64,000 bases of DNA. Source: a virus. Location of the stretch: positions 64,001 through 128,000 of the IMG/VR virus record IMGVR_UViG_3300014913_000007. One strand, given 5' to 3'. Below are positions 1 to 8,410 of this stretch, one piece after another. A program made the translations under genes and the position numbers. Below the pieces are notes generated by a model. The model did not search any database. It was given only the letters and a program-made list of their open reading frames with translations, and was not told the origin of the DNA. The number at the start of each line of letters is the position of its first letter. Positions within the stretch are counted from its first letter, which is position 1.

Positions 1-35
1 AAAGGAAGTAAGAAGAAAAAGAAGTAGGTTCTTCC

Positions 36-335
36 CTACTTCTGTTCTAAAATTTCTTTTAGCTTATTTCTTATATATTCCTGAGTTAAACCATAATCTA
101 GGTTTAAGTGCATACATGCATACTGAAAGCTCATTATCAATGGGTCTTCAACTTCTGGTACGATGAGCCATTCTAGAGATTCCCTTCTCTCTACACTACT
201 CTCTAAGTCAGCTACTGCCCTCTCTATCATGGCTTTTAGTAGTCTCTTTTCTCCACAGAAATCAGCACAATTATTCTCTATATTAATAGTCTCTACTGAG
301 AACTTACTGTTAGATTTAGATCCTGTATTAAACAT
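36..335 (-). CDS. hypothetical protein
   Basis: 99-aa ORF co-oriented with neighbours; GGAG RBS upstream. Confidence 0.6.
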   Translation of the reverse strand: MFNTGSKSNSKFSVETINIENNCADFCGEKRLLKAMIERAVADLESSVERRESLEWLIVPEVEDPLIMSFQYACMHLNLDYGLTQEYIRNKLKEILEQK

Positions 336-350
336 ACTGCTCCTTGCAAC

Positions 351-380
351 TAAATTAAATTAAATTAAATTAAATTAAAT
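351..380. repeat. (TAAAT)x6 tandem repeat
   Basis: direct reading of 351-380. Confidence 0.85.
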
Positions 381-1229
381 TACCTCATAAGTTACCGTTC
401 CATCCTCTATTAATTCTAGGTTGAACCCACTCGGTTTTCCATAGTCAGCATAACATACTAAACATGGGAAGCCCCTCATCATATTCTCTTTACCAAAGTG
501 TGTATGACCAGACACTATGAGTCTCACTTCTCTCATCTTTGTTAATGTATCTCCTGCAGTTAAATTGTAGAAATATGGAGTACCTAAATTCCAACCATGA
601 TCCTTCCAGGTTATAGTTTCAGGGAGTATGGGCATATGTGTAAATACAGCTACATGTTCTGAATCCTTATCCATTAAGCCATCTTGTATTCTTTCAACTA
701 GTGCTTCTACTCTTTCATTAGCAAAATCTATATTACTTTTAGATAGTTTAACATAGTCGGAGTCTTTGGTTCCGTCTTTAATATTTGCAGCATAGTATGC
801 ATCTGGTAAAAGCTTTATAACTCCTTCATGTTCCCTTTTTGCACTGTAATCATACCAAATTATACTTCCGGTTAATAACCAGTTATTTAATTTAAAATTT
901 TCCTGCTCTAAATATATGCATTTACACTCTTCACATATTCTAGGTATCTCAGTATAAAAAGCCTCATCAGTGGTTGAAGTCTTTCTCCAATTGGTGCTCC
1001 AGATATCGTGATTACCTGAGACTACTAAAACTGGAGTGTCTGGAAAATACTTGTCTTTTATAAGTTTTAAAGCTTTTTTAAAAGAGTTTTTACCATGGGA
1101 CAGATCTCCACCGATTACAAAAGCTTCAGGATTCCTTAACTGAGCTTTCACCATGAAGTCATCAAAGGCTGTAGCGTCAAACCTAGGTCCTAATATATGT
1201 ATATCAGATGTAAAAACTATATTACTCAT
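375..1229 (-). CDS. calcineurin-like metallophosphoesterase
   Basis: motifs SDIH, GGDL, GNHD, TH, GHTH. Confidence 0.9.
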   Translation of the reverse strand: MSNIVFTSDIHILGPRFDATAFDDFMVKAQLRNPEAFVIGGDLSHGKNSFKKALKLIKDKYFPDTPVLVVSGNHDIWSTNWRKTSTTDEAFYTEIPRICEECKCIYLEQENFKLNNWLLTGSIIWYDYSAKREHEGVIKLLPDAYYAANIKDGTKDSDYVKLSKSNIDFANERVEALVERIQDGLMDKDSEHVAVFTHMPILPETITWKDHGWNLGTPYFYNLTAGDTLTKMREVRLIVSGHTHFGKENMMRGFPCLVCYADYGKPSGFNLELIEDGTVTYEVI

Positions 1230-1497
1230 CTTCAGTTAAAACTCCAAAAACATCATTTATTAACAACCCACTATTTGTATGTTTTATAAGTACTAATCTA
1301 TCCTCATCATAGATAAATAATTCCCACCCATCTCTCAGTAATATCTGAAATTTCTGAACCTTATCTGGCTCATTTAATTTACGCTGTTCCTTCATCAAGT
1401 CTAAGTAGCTAGGCGAAATCTCCTCTAGTAATGGGCTTAAAGTAGCACAACCTGAGAAAAATATAAATATAAATATTAAAAAAGCTAATCTATACAT
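1222..1497 (-). CDS. putative lipoprotein
   Basis: hydrophobic signal followed by FSGC lipobox. Confidence 0.6.
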   Translation of the reverse strand: MYRLAFLIFIFIFFSGCATLSPLLEEISPSYLDLMKEQRKLNEPDKVQKFQILLRDGWELFIYDEDRLVLIKHTNSGLLINDVFGVLTEDE

Positions 1498-1614
1498 AAT
1501 ATTATATCCAAACTATTCGTACCAAAGTAAATGGTTAAATTGGGGGTTTCCTGAAAAATCCTTTAACCAGTTAGTTATTTCTAAAGTTGTAATAAACATT
1601 AAATAACCCTACAG

Positions 1615-1932
1615 TTAGTTACCAGCAGACTTTTTCAATAAATCTTTAGCGTCATCTTTTAACATTTCAGATAGAGCCGTGATTAATTTAATCTGCCTCT
1701 CTACTTCTTCCCAATCCTCATATTGGAAAGCCACGTCCAACCTTCTGTACATACTATCCTGCTTCTCTACTATCTCCTCATACTGATCAAACCTGCTTAT
1801 CCAGTCTCCATGATTAGTTGTATTCATTTTACCTTTGGCTTGCTTAACGGCTGACCTAAGCCCCTCTAGTGAGCTTTTTAGGTAATTGTATATATATGTT
1901 TCTAAAATTTCCCTTTGTTTTTTAGTAGTCAT
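1615..1932 (-). CDS. hypothetical helical protein
   Basis: 105-aa ORF with AAGGAG RBS. Confidence 0.65.
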   Translation of the reverse strand: MTTKKQREILETYIYNYLKSSLEGLRSAVKQAKGKMNTTNHGDWISRFDQYEEIVEKQDSMYRRLDVAFQYEDWEEVERQIKLITALSEMLKDDAKDLLKKSAGN

Positions 1933-2039
1933 TTACTTCTCCTTATTTAAACTATCGGCAGTATGTCTAATTTTCTTTAGTAAAACTTTAAAGTTATATA
2001 AAAATACTTGTATTTCTTAATAAAATCTATGAAATATTC

Positions 2040-2609
2040 TTAGTTATTTAACTCCTTTATTAAAAATTTAAACACCTTTATTCCCAATTTCACGTCATTT
2101 AAAGCTATATGTAGGTCTCCAGAGGTGCAAATTTTAAGAGAACTTGCTACACTTTCAAGTGAGAATTCTGCGATCTCCTTCCCGGTTTTATACATGTAAA
2201 GCTCTATCAAGGAAGTTATATCAATGAACCTATAATTAAACCGTATCTCAGGCTCCCTAGCTCTTCTGAGAAACATAAAATCCAACATTAAGTTGTACCC
2301 GACCCAGATATAATCTCCCTCTGGGAGCCATTCTCGAAGGCTTTTAACTGCTTCCTCAGGAGGGCTACCAAGTTCTAGAAGCTCCTTACATATTTTTACC
2401 TTCTTCAATGCTCCAGGATGTGCATTAGCTAAAACAGAATCTGAAGACTCTCCTGACCTTACTCCTACATTAATACTAAAAGTGTCTACTATACCAAAAT
2501 TCTTTGGATCACATTTTATAGCAGCAATTTCAATAAGTTGGTTTCTTACTGGATCTGGTCCAGTCATCTCACAATCTAGAAATATAAGAGGACACTTAAA
2601 ATTTTGCAA
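2040..2609 (-). CDS. DEDDh 3'-5' exonuclease (oligoribonuclease/DnaQ-like)
   Basis: LDCEMTG, YNLMLD and HIALND motifs. Confidence 0.88.
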   Translation of the reverse strand: MQNFKCPLIFLDCEMTGPDPVRNQLIEIAAIKCDPKNFGIVDTFSINVGVRSGESSDSVLANAHPGALKKVKICKELLELGSPPEEAVKSLREWLPEGDYIWVGYNLMLDFMFLRRAREPEIRFNYRFIDITSLIELYMYKTGKEIAEFSLESVASSLKICTSGDLHIALNDVKLGIKVFKFLIKELNN

Positions 2610-3227
2610 CTACGCTCCTAAAAACTCCATATCAACAGATACATTTACCTTCATAGTAGGTATACCTATTTTATCTATTAAACCTAGTTTTTTGGCTTGT
2701 TTACTAGTTAAATACCAATTAGTATTACCTCTTTCTTTTAACTTATCAAAAAAGTATTTACGATCCAAAGCACAATTAACAGCTAATATTTTGTATAATT
2801 CTTTTTTCAATCTTTCTGAATTTTCTACAGATACTTTCATATCTTCTACTTTTCCAATAGTTCCAGCACTAGCATCATGTACCATTATGGTGCAATTTGA
2901 ATCTGCAAATCTGTATCCAGGGGTACCACTACTCAGTAAAACTGCTCCACAACTCATGGCTTTACATAATCCGACTGTTGCTACTGGTTTTGAACTTCTC
3001 TCGATTAGAGATAACATTCCCATGAGTGTATATATTTGCCCTCCTGGGCTATCTATTAATATAGGAATAATAGGTTGATCCGGGTTGGACTCTGCCCTAT
3101 CAAACTTCTCTCTAAATATTTCAAAAGACCTGGAATTAAAATCAGTAACATTAATTACTGTAGGCATATCGAATAAGTCTGATTTTCTATAATTTATAGA
3201 GTTGTCTACTTCAGTTATGATCTTCAT
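2610..3227 (-). CDS. clpP: ClpP-family protease
   Basis: IDSPGG, AMSCGAVLL (catalytic Ser), MVHD (His), YLTSKQAKKLGLID. Confidence 0.88.
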   Translation of the reverse strand: MKIITEVDNSINYRKSDLFDMPTVINVTDFNSRSFEIFREKFDRAESNPDQPIIPILIDSPGGQIYTLMGMLSLIERSSKPVATVGLCKAMSCGAVLLSSGTPGYRFADSNCTIMVHDASAGTIGKVEDMKVSVENSERLKKELYKILAVNCALDRKYFFDKLKERGNTNWYLTSKQAKKLGLIDKIGIPTMKVNVSVDMEFLGA

Positions 3228-3251
3228 GTAATTCCTTAAAGATTAACAAAA

Positions 3252-3764
3252 TTAAGCTAACAGGTCCCAGAAATTATCCTCTAATGTTTTGGCACATTCT
3301 GGATCCAAATCTTCCATATGTTCAATTAAATGTTCATGAAGGGTTTTAAGTGCTAACCTAGATTCCTTCTTTACTTTTATCAGCTTCCCTCCTTCCATTC
3401 TAGCTCTGTGTTTGGCTTTTGCAGTTTCTTCACATAACTTACATCTGTCTTCTTCTAGTTTCCAAACCTTATGTAGTTCCTTACTATATCGCTTTTCAGT
3501 CCATTCTAGTGATTTTCTGGTTTCTTTATGCTCACTACGCTCTCTATCTAATGCTCTTTGTAGATCACGTATGTTCTTTTTTGAATTTTTCTTATAGGCT
3601 GTGAGTGCTTTCAATCTAATCTCAATGTGTATTAGGTAGTTAATCACTAAAGCTAAATCTTTAGACTTCCAAGGTGACTTGTTCAAGATTTCGGTTAAAT
3701 AAGAAATAGAACTTTTTAAATCTAACATATCCTTCTCCTTACTTACCTTTAAGACTTTCAGCAA
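3252..3764 (-). CDS. hypothetical coiled-coil protein
   Basis: 170-aa charged ORF in operon. Confidence 0.55.
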   Translation of the reverse strand: MLKVLKVSKEKDMLDLKSSISYLTEILNKSPWKSKDLALVINYLIHIEIRLKALTAYKKNSKKNIRDLQRALDRERSEHKETRKSLEWTEKRYSKELHKVWKLEEDRCKLCEETAKAKHRARMEGGKLIKVKKESRLALKTLHEHLIEHMEDLDPECAKTLEDNFWDLLA

Positions 3765-4161
3765 AAGCTTTACTTTCTGCTTCTTTTTTAGCTTCCTCTT
3801 TAGCTTCCTTATTTTTATCTAGGAATTCTCTAAGCCTTTTAAGTTTGAATTCTTTGACCTTTTCTATGGCCTCTTCACCAAGTGCTCTCTTAACCTGTTC
3901 TAGCATAATAAGACAGTCTGCAACTTCTTCTGCGACCTCTTCAATTTTACCTTTTCCGACTACAAAGCGATTTATAGAGGCTGCAAGCTCACATGACTCT
4001 TCAGCTGTTACTAGCAATTGAGTTTCTACTCCCCAAAGTATTAAACACTCTTCATAGATGTCCTTAGGCTCAGAGCAACATCTTCCAGCGCAAGAACCAC
4101 AATTCTCAGGTCCACATTCTTCTGAACAACTACCACCATCTTTATCATTTTTACATGACAT
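3739..4161 (-). CDS. MazG-like NTP pyrophosphohydrolase with Cys-rich N-terminus
   Basis: EESCELA...EEVADCLIML motif. Confidence 0.8.
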   Translation of the reverse strand: MSCKNDKDGGSCSEECGPENCGSCAGRCCSEPKDIYEECLILWGVETQLLVTAEESCELAASINRFVVGKGKIEEVAEEVADCLIMLEQVKRALGEEAIEKVKEFKLKRLREFLDKNKEAKEEAKKEAESKAFAESLKGK

Positions 4162-4219
4162 ATACTGTCTCCTATTTTAAATATACGATTAGAATATCAA
4201 AATTCTAGTAAAATTACAA

Positions 4220-5254
4220 CTACTTTAAGTTCATTAATTGCTTTAAATACTCTTTCTTAACTATCCTATAATTCCGTTTGCTTGGATGTTGACGCTTAAC
4301 TGTATCTAATCCTTGAAATTCATGTCTCCACACATACACATCTAAACCTTTCTTACGTGCTTTTCGTATTATCTTTTTTGTTTCTTTGAAACTACTCACA
4401 TGACTTCCCTTATACCAATCTTCCCTAGTTAAATCCTGTCCTGGGAAGTTAAAATAGTCTCCATCAAAGGATACTATATCTCCCTTACTCACTAGTTTAA
4501 GGTGTCTAATATCAATTGTATGTATTTCACGTTTAAAATTAGAATATCCATATGGAATATCCCCCACATTATTTCTTGCAAAAACTACATTACTACTATC
4601 TTTAAAAACTGATTTCAAGATCCTTGCTTTTTGTTTTACTACTTCCCACTTTCCACCATCATTATCCTCTAAGGATATTGTAAGAGTAAATGTCATTTCT
4701 GGATATGGATCTACAAACTCACTTTTTATGCCCTTCAACCACTTTCTGTATTTTAATCTTGTTTTTCTATTATTTACAAAAGAATCTTCTAATTCCCTGA
4801 CATTCATATTTTTGCAAAAGGATGCTAAATTCATTGTGCGTATTCTAGGTGGTCTACATGCTCCACAAAGTGTGTATATTTCTATATGTACACTCCTGCC
4901 TTCTTCTAAAAACATACTCATTAACTTGTAGTAGTTTATAGGATCTGCTCCAAAAGCATTCTTACCGTATAAGAGTGCAAAAGTCGGTCTATCTGATTCT
5001 CTTAAAATTTCATAGGCATCTTCTACCGGAAAATTTTTATGTAATAAGGCCAATATGGCTAAACCTCTTCTACCATACTTATATTTCCTATCCAGATTTA
5101 ATGGGACTTCAGATCCAGGTCCCTGTAATGTAGTGATATTAGTATTGAGAGTATAAGACCTTGAATTGATTGAGCTGTCTGCATATTTACTGTTAAATAT
5201 CGAGTAACTGGAGAATACTAGAATTATTAATATAATTGCATATAATTTCTTCAT
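4220..5254 (-). CDS. secreted or membrane-anchored hypothetical protein
   Basis: N-terminal signal/TM segment MKKLYAIILIILVFSS. Confidence 0.6.
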   Translation of the reverse strand: MKKLYAIILIILVFSSYSIFNSKYADSSINSRSYTLNTNITTLQGPGSEVPLNLDRKYKYGRRGLAILALLHKNFPVEDAYEILRESDRPTFALLYGKNAFGADPINYYKLMSMFLEEGRSVHIEIYTLCGACRPPRIRTMNLASFCKNMNVRELEDSFVNNRKTRLKYRKWLKGIKSEFVDPYPEMTFTLTISLEDNDGGKWEVVKQKARILKSVFKDSSNVVFARNNVGDIPYGYSNFKREIHTIDIRHLKLVSKGDIVSFDGDYFNFPGQDLTREDWYKGSHVSSFKETKKIIRKARKKGLDVYVWRHEFQGLDTVKRQHPSKRNYRIVKKEYLKQLMNLK

Positions 5255-5418
5255 ATATTAATAGTATCATAATAATATTTTCTTGTAAAGAGTATACCAG
5301 AGTACTCTGGGACATTTTCAAAAGTTGCTTCCAAAATTTTTTAAGAAAAAACGCTAGTAGTAAATTAATACAAACTAACGTTAAAATTTTAGCTTAAACT
5401 TTGTTAAGGTTTAGTTTA

Positions 5419-6075
5419 CTAAGATAAGTCTCCTACTGCAGACCAGGTATCAGTATCCACCTTAACAAGTGAAAACATTGAGTATTTTTCAGTAGTTGTA
5501 TACTCGTTAGCTGCACTCTGAATAACTACTCCTACACCTGAAGTCATAGTCACTGCACCATCTCCTAGTTGTCTTATCATATATTGGGATCCTACTGGCA
5601 AAGTTACAGATGAGTTAGCAGGTATTGTTAGAGTAATTGGACTACTATTGTCTAAATCTATTTGATTACTCATATCTGATGCTTGAAGGGTATAACCTGT
5701 AGTAGTTACTACATTAATATCTATAATATTCATGCTATTAGTCAAAGCTACTAAGTTTTGGTCTATGCTTAAAAGTGTTTCATATACATTGGTTCCAGTT
5801 ATAACTGTAAAAGCTGAATCGTCAACTGCAATATCTAAACTGTCTGCTGGAATGTTTTGTAATTGTACGTCAATCTCTTCTAAAATACTCTGTACCTCAG
5901 ATCCAGATAGTACTGTGAAAGTAGAATTATCTACACTAACAATTTCTGCACTAGTTAATATTCCAGAGATTACTGTACTTCTCCGAAGTATTCCAGCTGT
6001 ATCATATAGATCATCTTCTATCTTCCTTACTAATGATTCAGGTCTTACCTGTGGATCTACCTTGTAGTTACTCAT
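5419..6075 (-). CDS. putative virion/tail accessory protein, MSNYKVDPQV family member 1
   Basis: start reassigned to the ATG at 6075 by paralogy; C-terminal ITLTIP...VGSQYMIRQLGDG...WSAVGDL resembles phage tail-fibre domains. Confidence 0.7.
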   Translation of the reverse strand: MSNYKVDPQVRPESLVRKIEDDLYDTAGILRRSTVISGILTSAEIVSVDNSTFTVLSGSEVQSILEEIDVQLQNIPADSLDIAVDDSAFTVITGTNVYETLLSIDQNLVALTNSMNIIDINVVTTTGYTLQASDMSNQIDLDNSSPITLTIPANSSVTLPVGSQYMIRQLGDGAVTMTSGVGVVIQSAANEYTTTEKYSMFSLVKVDTDTWSAVGDLS

Positions 6076-6163
6076 GGGGAGGGTCTCCGCTAACAATTAT
6101 TTTCGTATACAAACTATAAATAGTACAAACCAGTATACTAAAATACCTTTATATAAAGTACAT

Positions 6164-7900
6164 TTATGTAGCTACTGTCCACCCTTTTCCAGTTGCTATA
6201 GCTATCTGTGTAGGTGTAAGCGAAGCTGTTCCTGGATTGGTGGCCACATTAATAGTCATTCCAGATACAGTTGCTAACCCATTGAAAATGTTCTCTATTT
6301 CAGCCGTCGGTAAACTACATCCTTCATAGGAAATATCATAAGCTGTCCCACTTAAGGTTCCTACTTCCAGACTATCGCAAGCCATAAACATACCTGTAAA
6401 GTTAGTCACATGTGAAACATCAAAAGATGGAATTGAAACTAAATCAGAACAGTTCCTAAAAAACTCAATCATATTAGTAGTCATGCTAGAAATATCGAAA
6501 TGTGGAATAGTAGTTAATGATTGACATCCTGAGAAAAATTGCTGCATATCAGTTACGTTCGAGGTATCATAATGTGGTACTGTTGTAAGAGATCTACAGC
6601 TATAAAACATCTGACTCATATTCGTAATGTGAGACGTATTAAAATTAGGTAGCTCCTGTAAATTCTGACAATTATAAAAAAGTCTAAATAAACTAGTAGC
6701 ACTAGAAATGTCTAACTGATGCACTCCAGTTATTGAAGTACATTGCCAAAAGGTTTCTCTATAATCTGTTACACTAGAGGAATCAAATTCAGGTACACTT
6801 TTTAATTCTCTACAGTTCAAAAAGGTTCTATATAAGCTGGTTAGGTTTGAAGTATCCGTTGGAAAATCAACAGTCTCTAAGTCCATACAGCCATAAAAAG
6901 TGCCTTCCATATTTGTTAGGTTACTGGCTGTACCTGTCAGAGTGATTTCCGTTAGTTTGCTACAATTCTGGAACGTTCCCCCTAATGAATTCGAGTTAGA
7001 AATGTCTAAAGTTGGTACATCTACTAAATTAACACATTGTGTAAACATTTGTAATAAAGTATATGCATTAGATGTATCTAAAGCAGATACTGTAGTCAAA
7101 GAATCACAACTAGTAAACATACCTTTAAAATCAAGGACACTAGAAGTATCAAACTGTGGAATAGTTGTTAAACTATTACAGTTTTCAAACGTCTCATACA
7201 TACTAGTTACTTTAGAAGTATCGAAAAGAGGTACTGACTCTAATGAACTACAGTTACGAAACATGTGCCTCATATCTAATACATTAGACGTATTAAATAA
7301 GGGTATCTCTTGTAGGTTTGAATTATTATAGAACATAGCTTGCATAGTGGTAGCTTTAGAAGTGTCTAATAATGGGACTTCAAGTAGATCACATCGGTTA
7401 AACATGCTCTGCATTGTGGTTACATTTGAAGTATCTAACAGTGGGATATAATTTAGATTTCCGCATTGTCTAAACATTTCTACAGCGTTGGTGACCGTTG
7501 AAAAATCCCCCGACAACGCACTTTGGGCTATTGTAAGGTTGGAACATTCCTGGAAAGATTGGTCGCAGTTTATCATCCCAATTTTCCCGAAATTTGTTAT
7601 CTCTTGCAATTTATCCCTATTTGAATTCTGATAAGTATCAATTCTTGTAGCTAGTCCTTCCATTTTTATAGTGTAATTTCCAGGAGTTGTATAGATGTGT
7701 GTTGCCTCAGCCTCGTCCCAAGCCGTTATATGATTTCTCTCACTTCCATCTCCCCAATCTACTATGAAGTCATAAGTTCCTGCTGAAACTATAGGTAATG
7801 TAAAAGATTCCAAGGGGGTAGTTGTTTTCCAGACTGAAATAAAAGAGACATCTACTCCACCTTGAGCTAGTATTCCATGAGTTAAGATCCTGAAAGCCAT
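6164..7900 (-). CDS. BspA/DUF285-like leucine-rich repeat surface protein
   Basis: many ~22-aa repeats of type DTSxVTxMxxMFxNCxxLxxVP; N-terminal VDWGDG PKD-like motif. Confidence 0.85.
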   Translation of the reverse strand: MAFRILTHGILAQGGVDVSFISVWKTTTPLESFTLPIVSAGTYDFIVDWGDGSERNHITAWDEAEATHIYTTPGNYTIKMEGLATRIDTYQNSNRDKLQEITNFGKIGMINCDQSFQECSNLTIAQSALSGDFSTVTNAVEMFRQCGNLNYIPLLDTSNVTTMQSMFNRCDLLEVPLLDTSKATTMQAMFYNNSNLQEIPLFNTSNVLDMRHMFRNCSSLESVPLFDTSKVTSMYETFENCNSLTTIPQFDTSSVLDFKGMFTSCDSLTTVSALDTSNAYTLLQMFTQCVNLVDVPTLDISNSNSLGGTFQNCSKLTEITLTGTASNLTNMEGTFYGCMDLETVDFPTDTSNLTSLYRTFLNCRELKSVPEFDSSSVTDYRETFWQCTSITGVHQLDISSATSLFRLFYNCQNLQELPNFNTSHITNMSQMFYSCRSLTTVPHYDTSNVTDMQQFFSGCQSLTTIPHFDISSMTTNMIEFFRNCSDLVSIPSFDVSHVTNFTGMFMACDSLEVGTLSGTAYDISYEGCSLPTAEIENIFNGLATVSGMTINVATNPGTASLTPTQIAIATGKGWTVAT

Positions 7901-8030
7901 GTTAATATTTTTTCCTAATATCTACTGTTATATTCCTATAGGAGAATATAGTACATTAGGAAGAACTCTGGTACAAACTATGGGACATTTCTCGAAAATT
8001 CCTCCCAAAATTTTTTAGGGAATATCCAGG

Positions 8031-8408
8031 CTACTGACTTTCTTTGTTAACCCATTTCCCTTTTACATCTCTAACCTCAGTCTTAATGTTCTTAGGATTC
8101 ATTTGTTCTTCTACTATCTCTTCTATAGATGGCTTACCCATAAGCTCTGCTGATTTTATCTTTAACCACATCTTAAAGGTATCTGTATCTAGCATACGTT
8201 TGAAGGCACTTTTTTTATTAAGTAACTGACTCTTAGAATCCCTTGCCTCACCCCTAGCTCCTGAAGCATGGTGAATTACTCTAGCTCCTGAGTCTGTCTT
8301 ATTCTGATGCTGTCCACCAGGTCCTCCAGATCTAAAGGTCTGAACTTCACAGTCCTTAATTGAAACTGAAAATAATAACTCTTTCTTTTTATTAGGTTTA
8401 TTCTTCAT
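8031..8408 (-). CDS. GGQ peptidyl-tRNA hydrolase / release-factor homolog (ArfB/PrfH-like single domain)
   Basis: FRSGGPGGQHQNKTDSGARVIH motif. Confidence 0.88.
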   Translation of the reverse strand: MKNKPNKKKELLFSVSIKDCEVQTFRSGGPGGQHQNKTDSGARVIHHASGARGEARDSKSQLLNKKSAFKRMLDTDTFKMWLKIKSAELMGKPSIEEIVEEQMNPKNIKTEVRDVKGKWVNKESQ

Positions 8409-8410
8409 AA

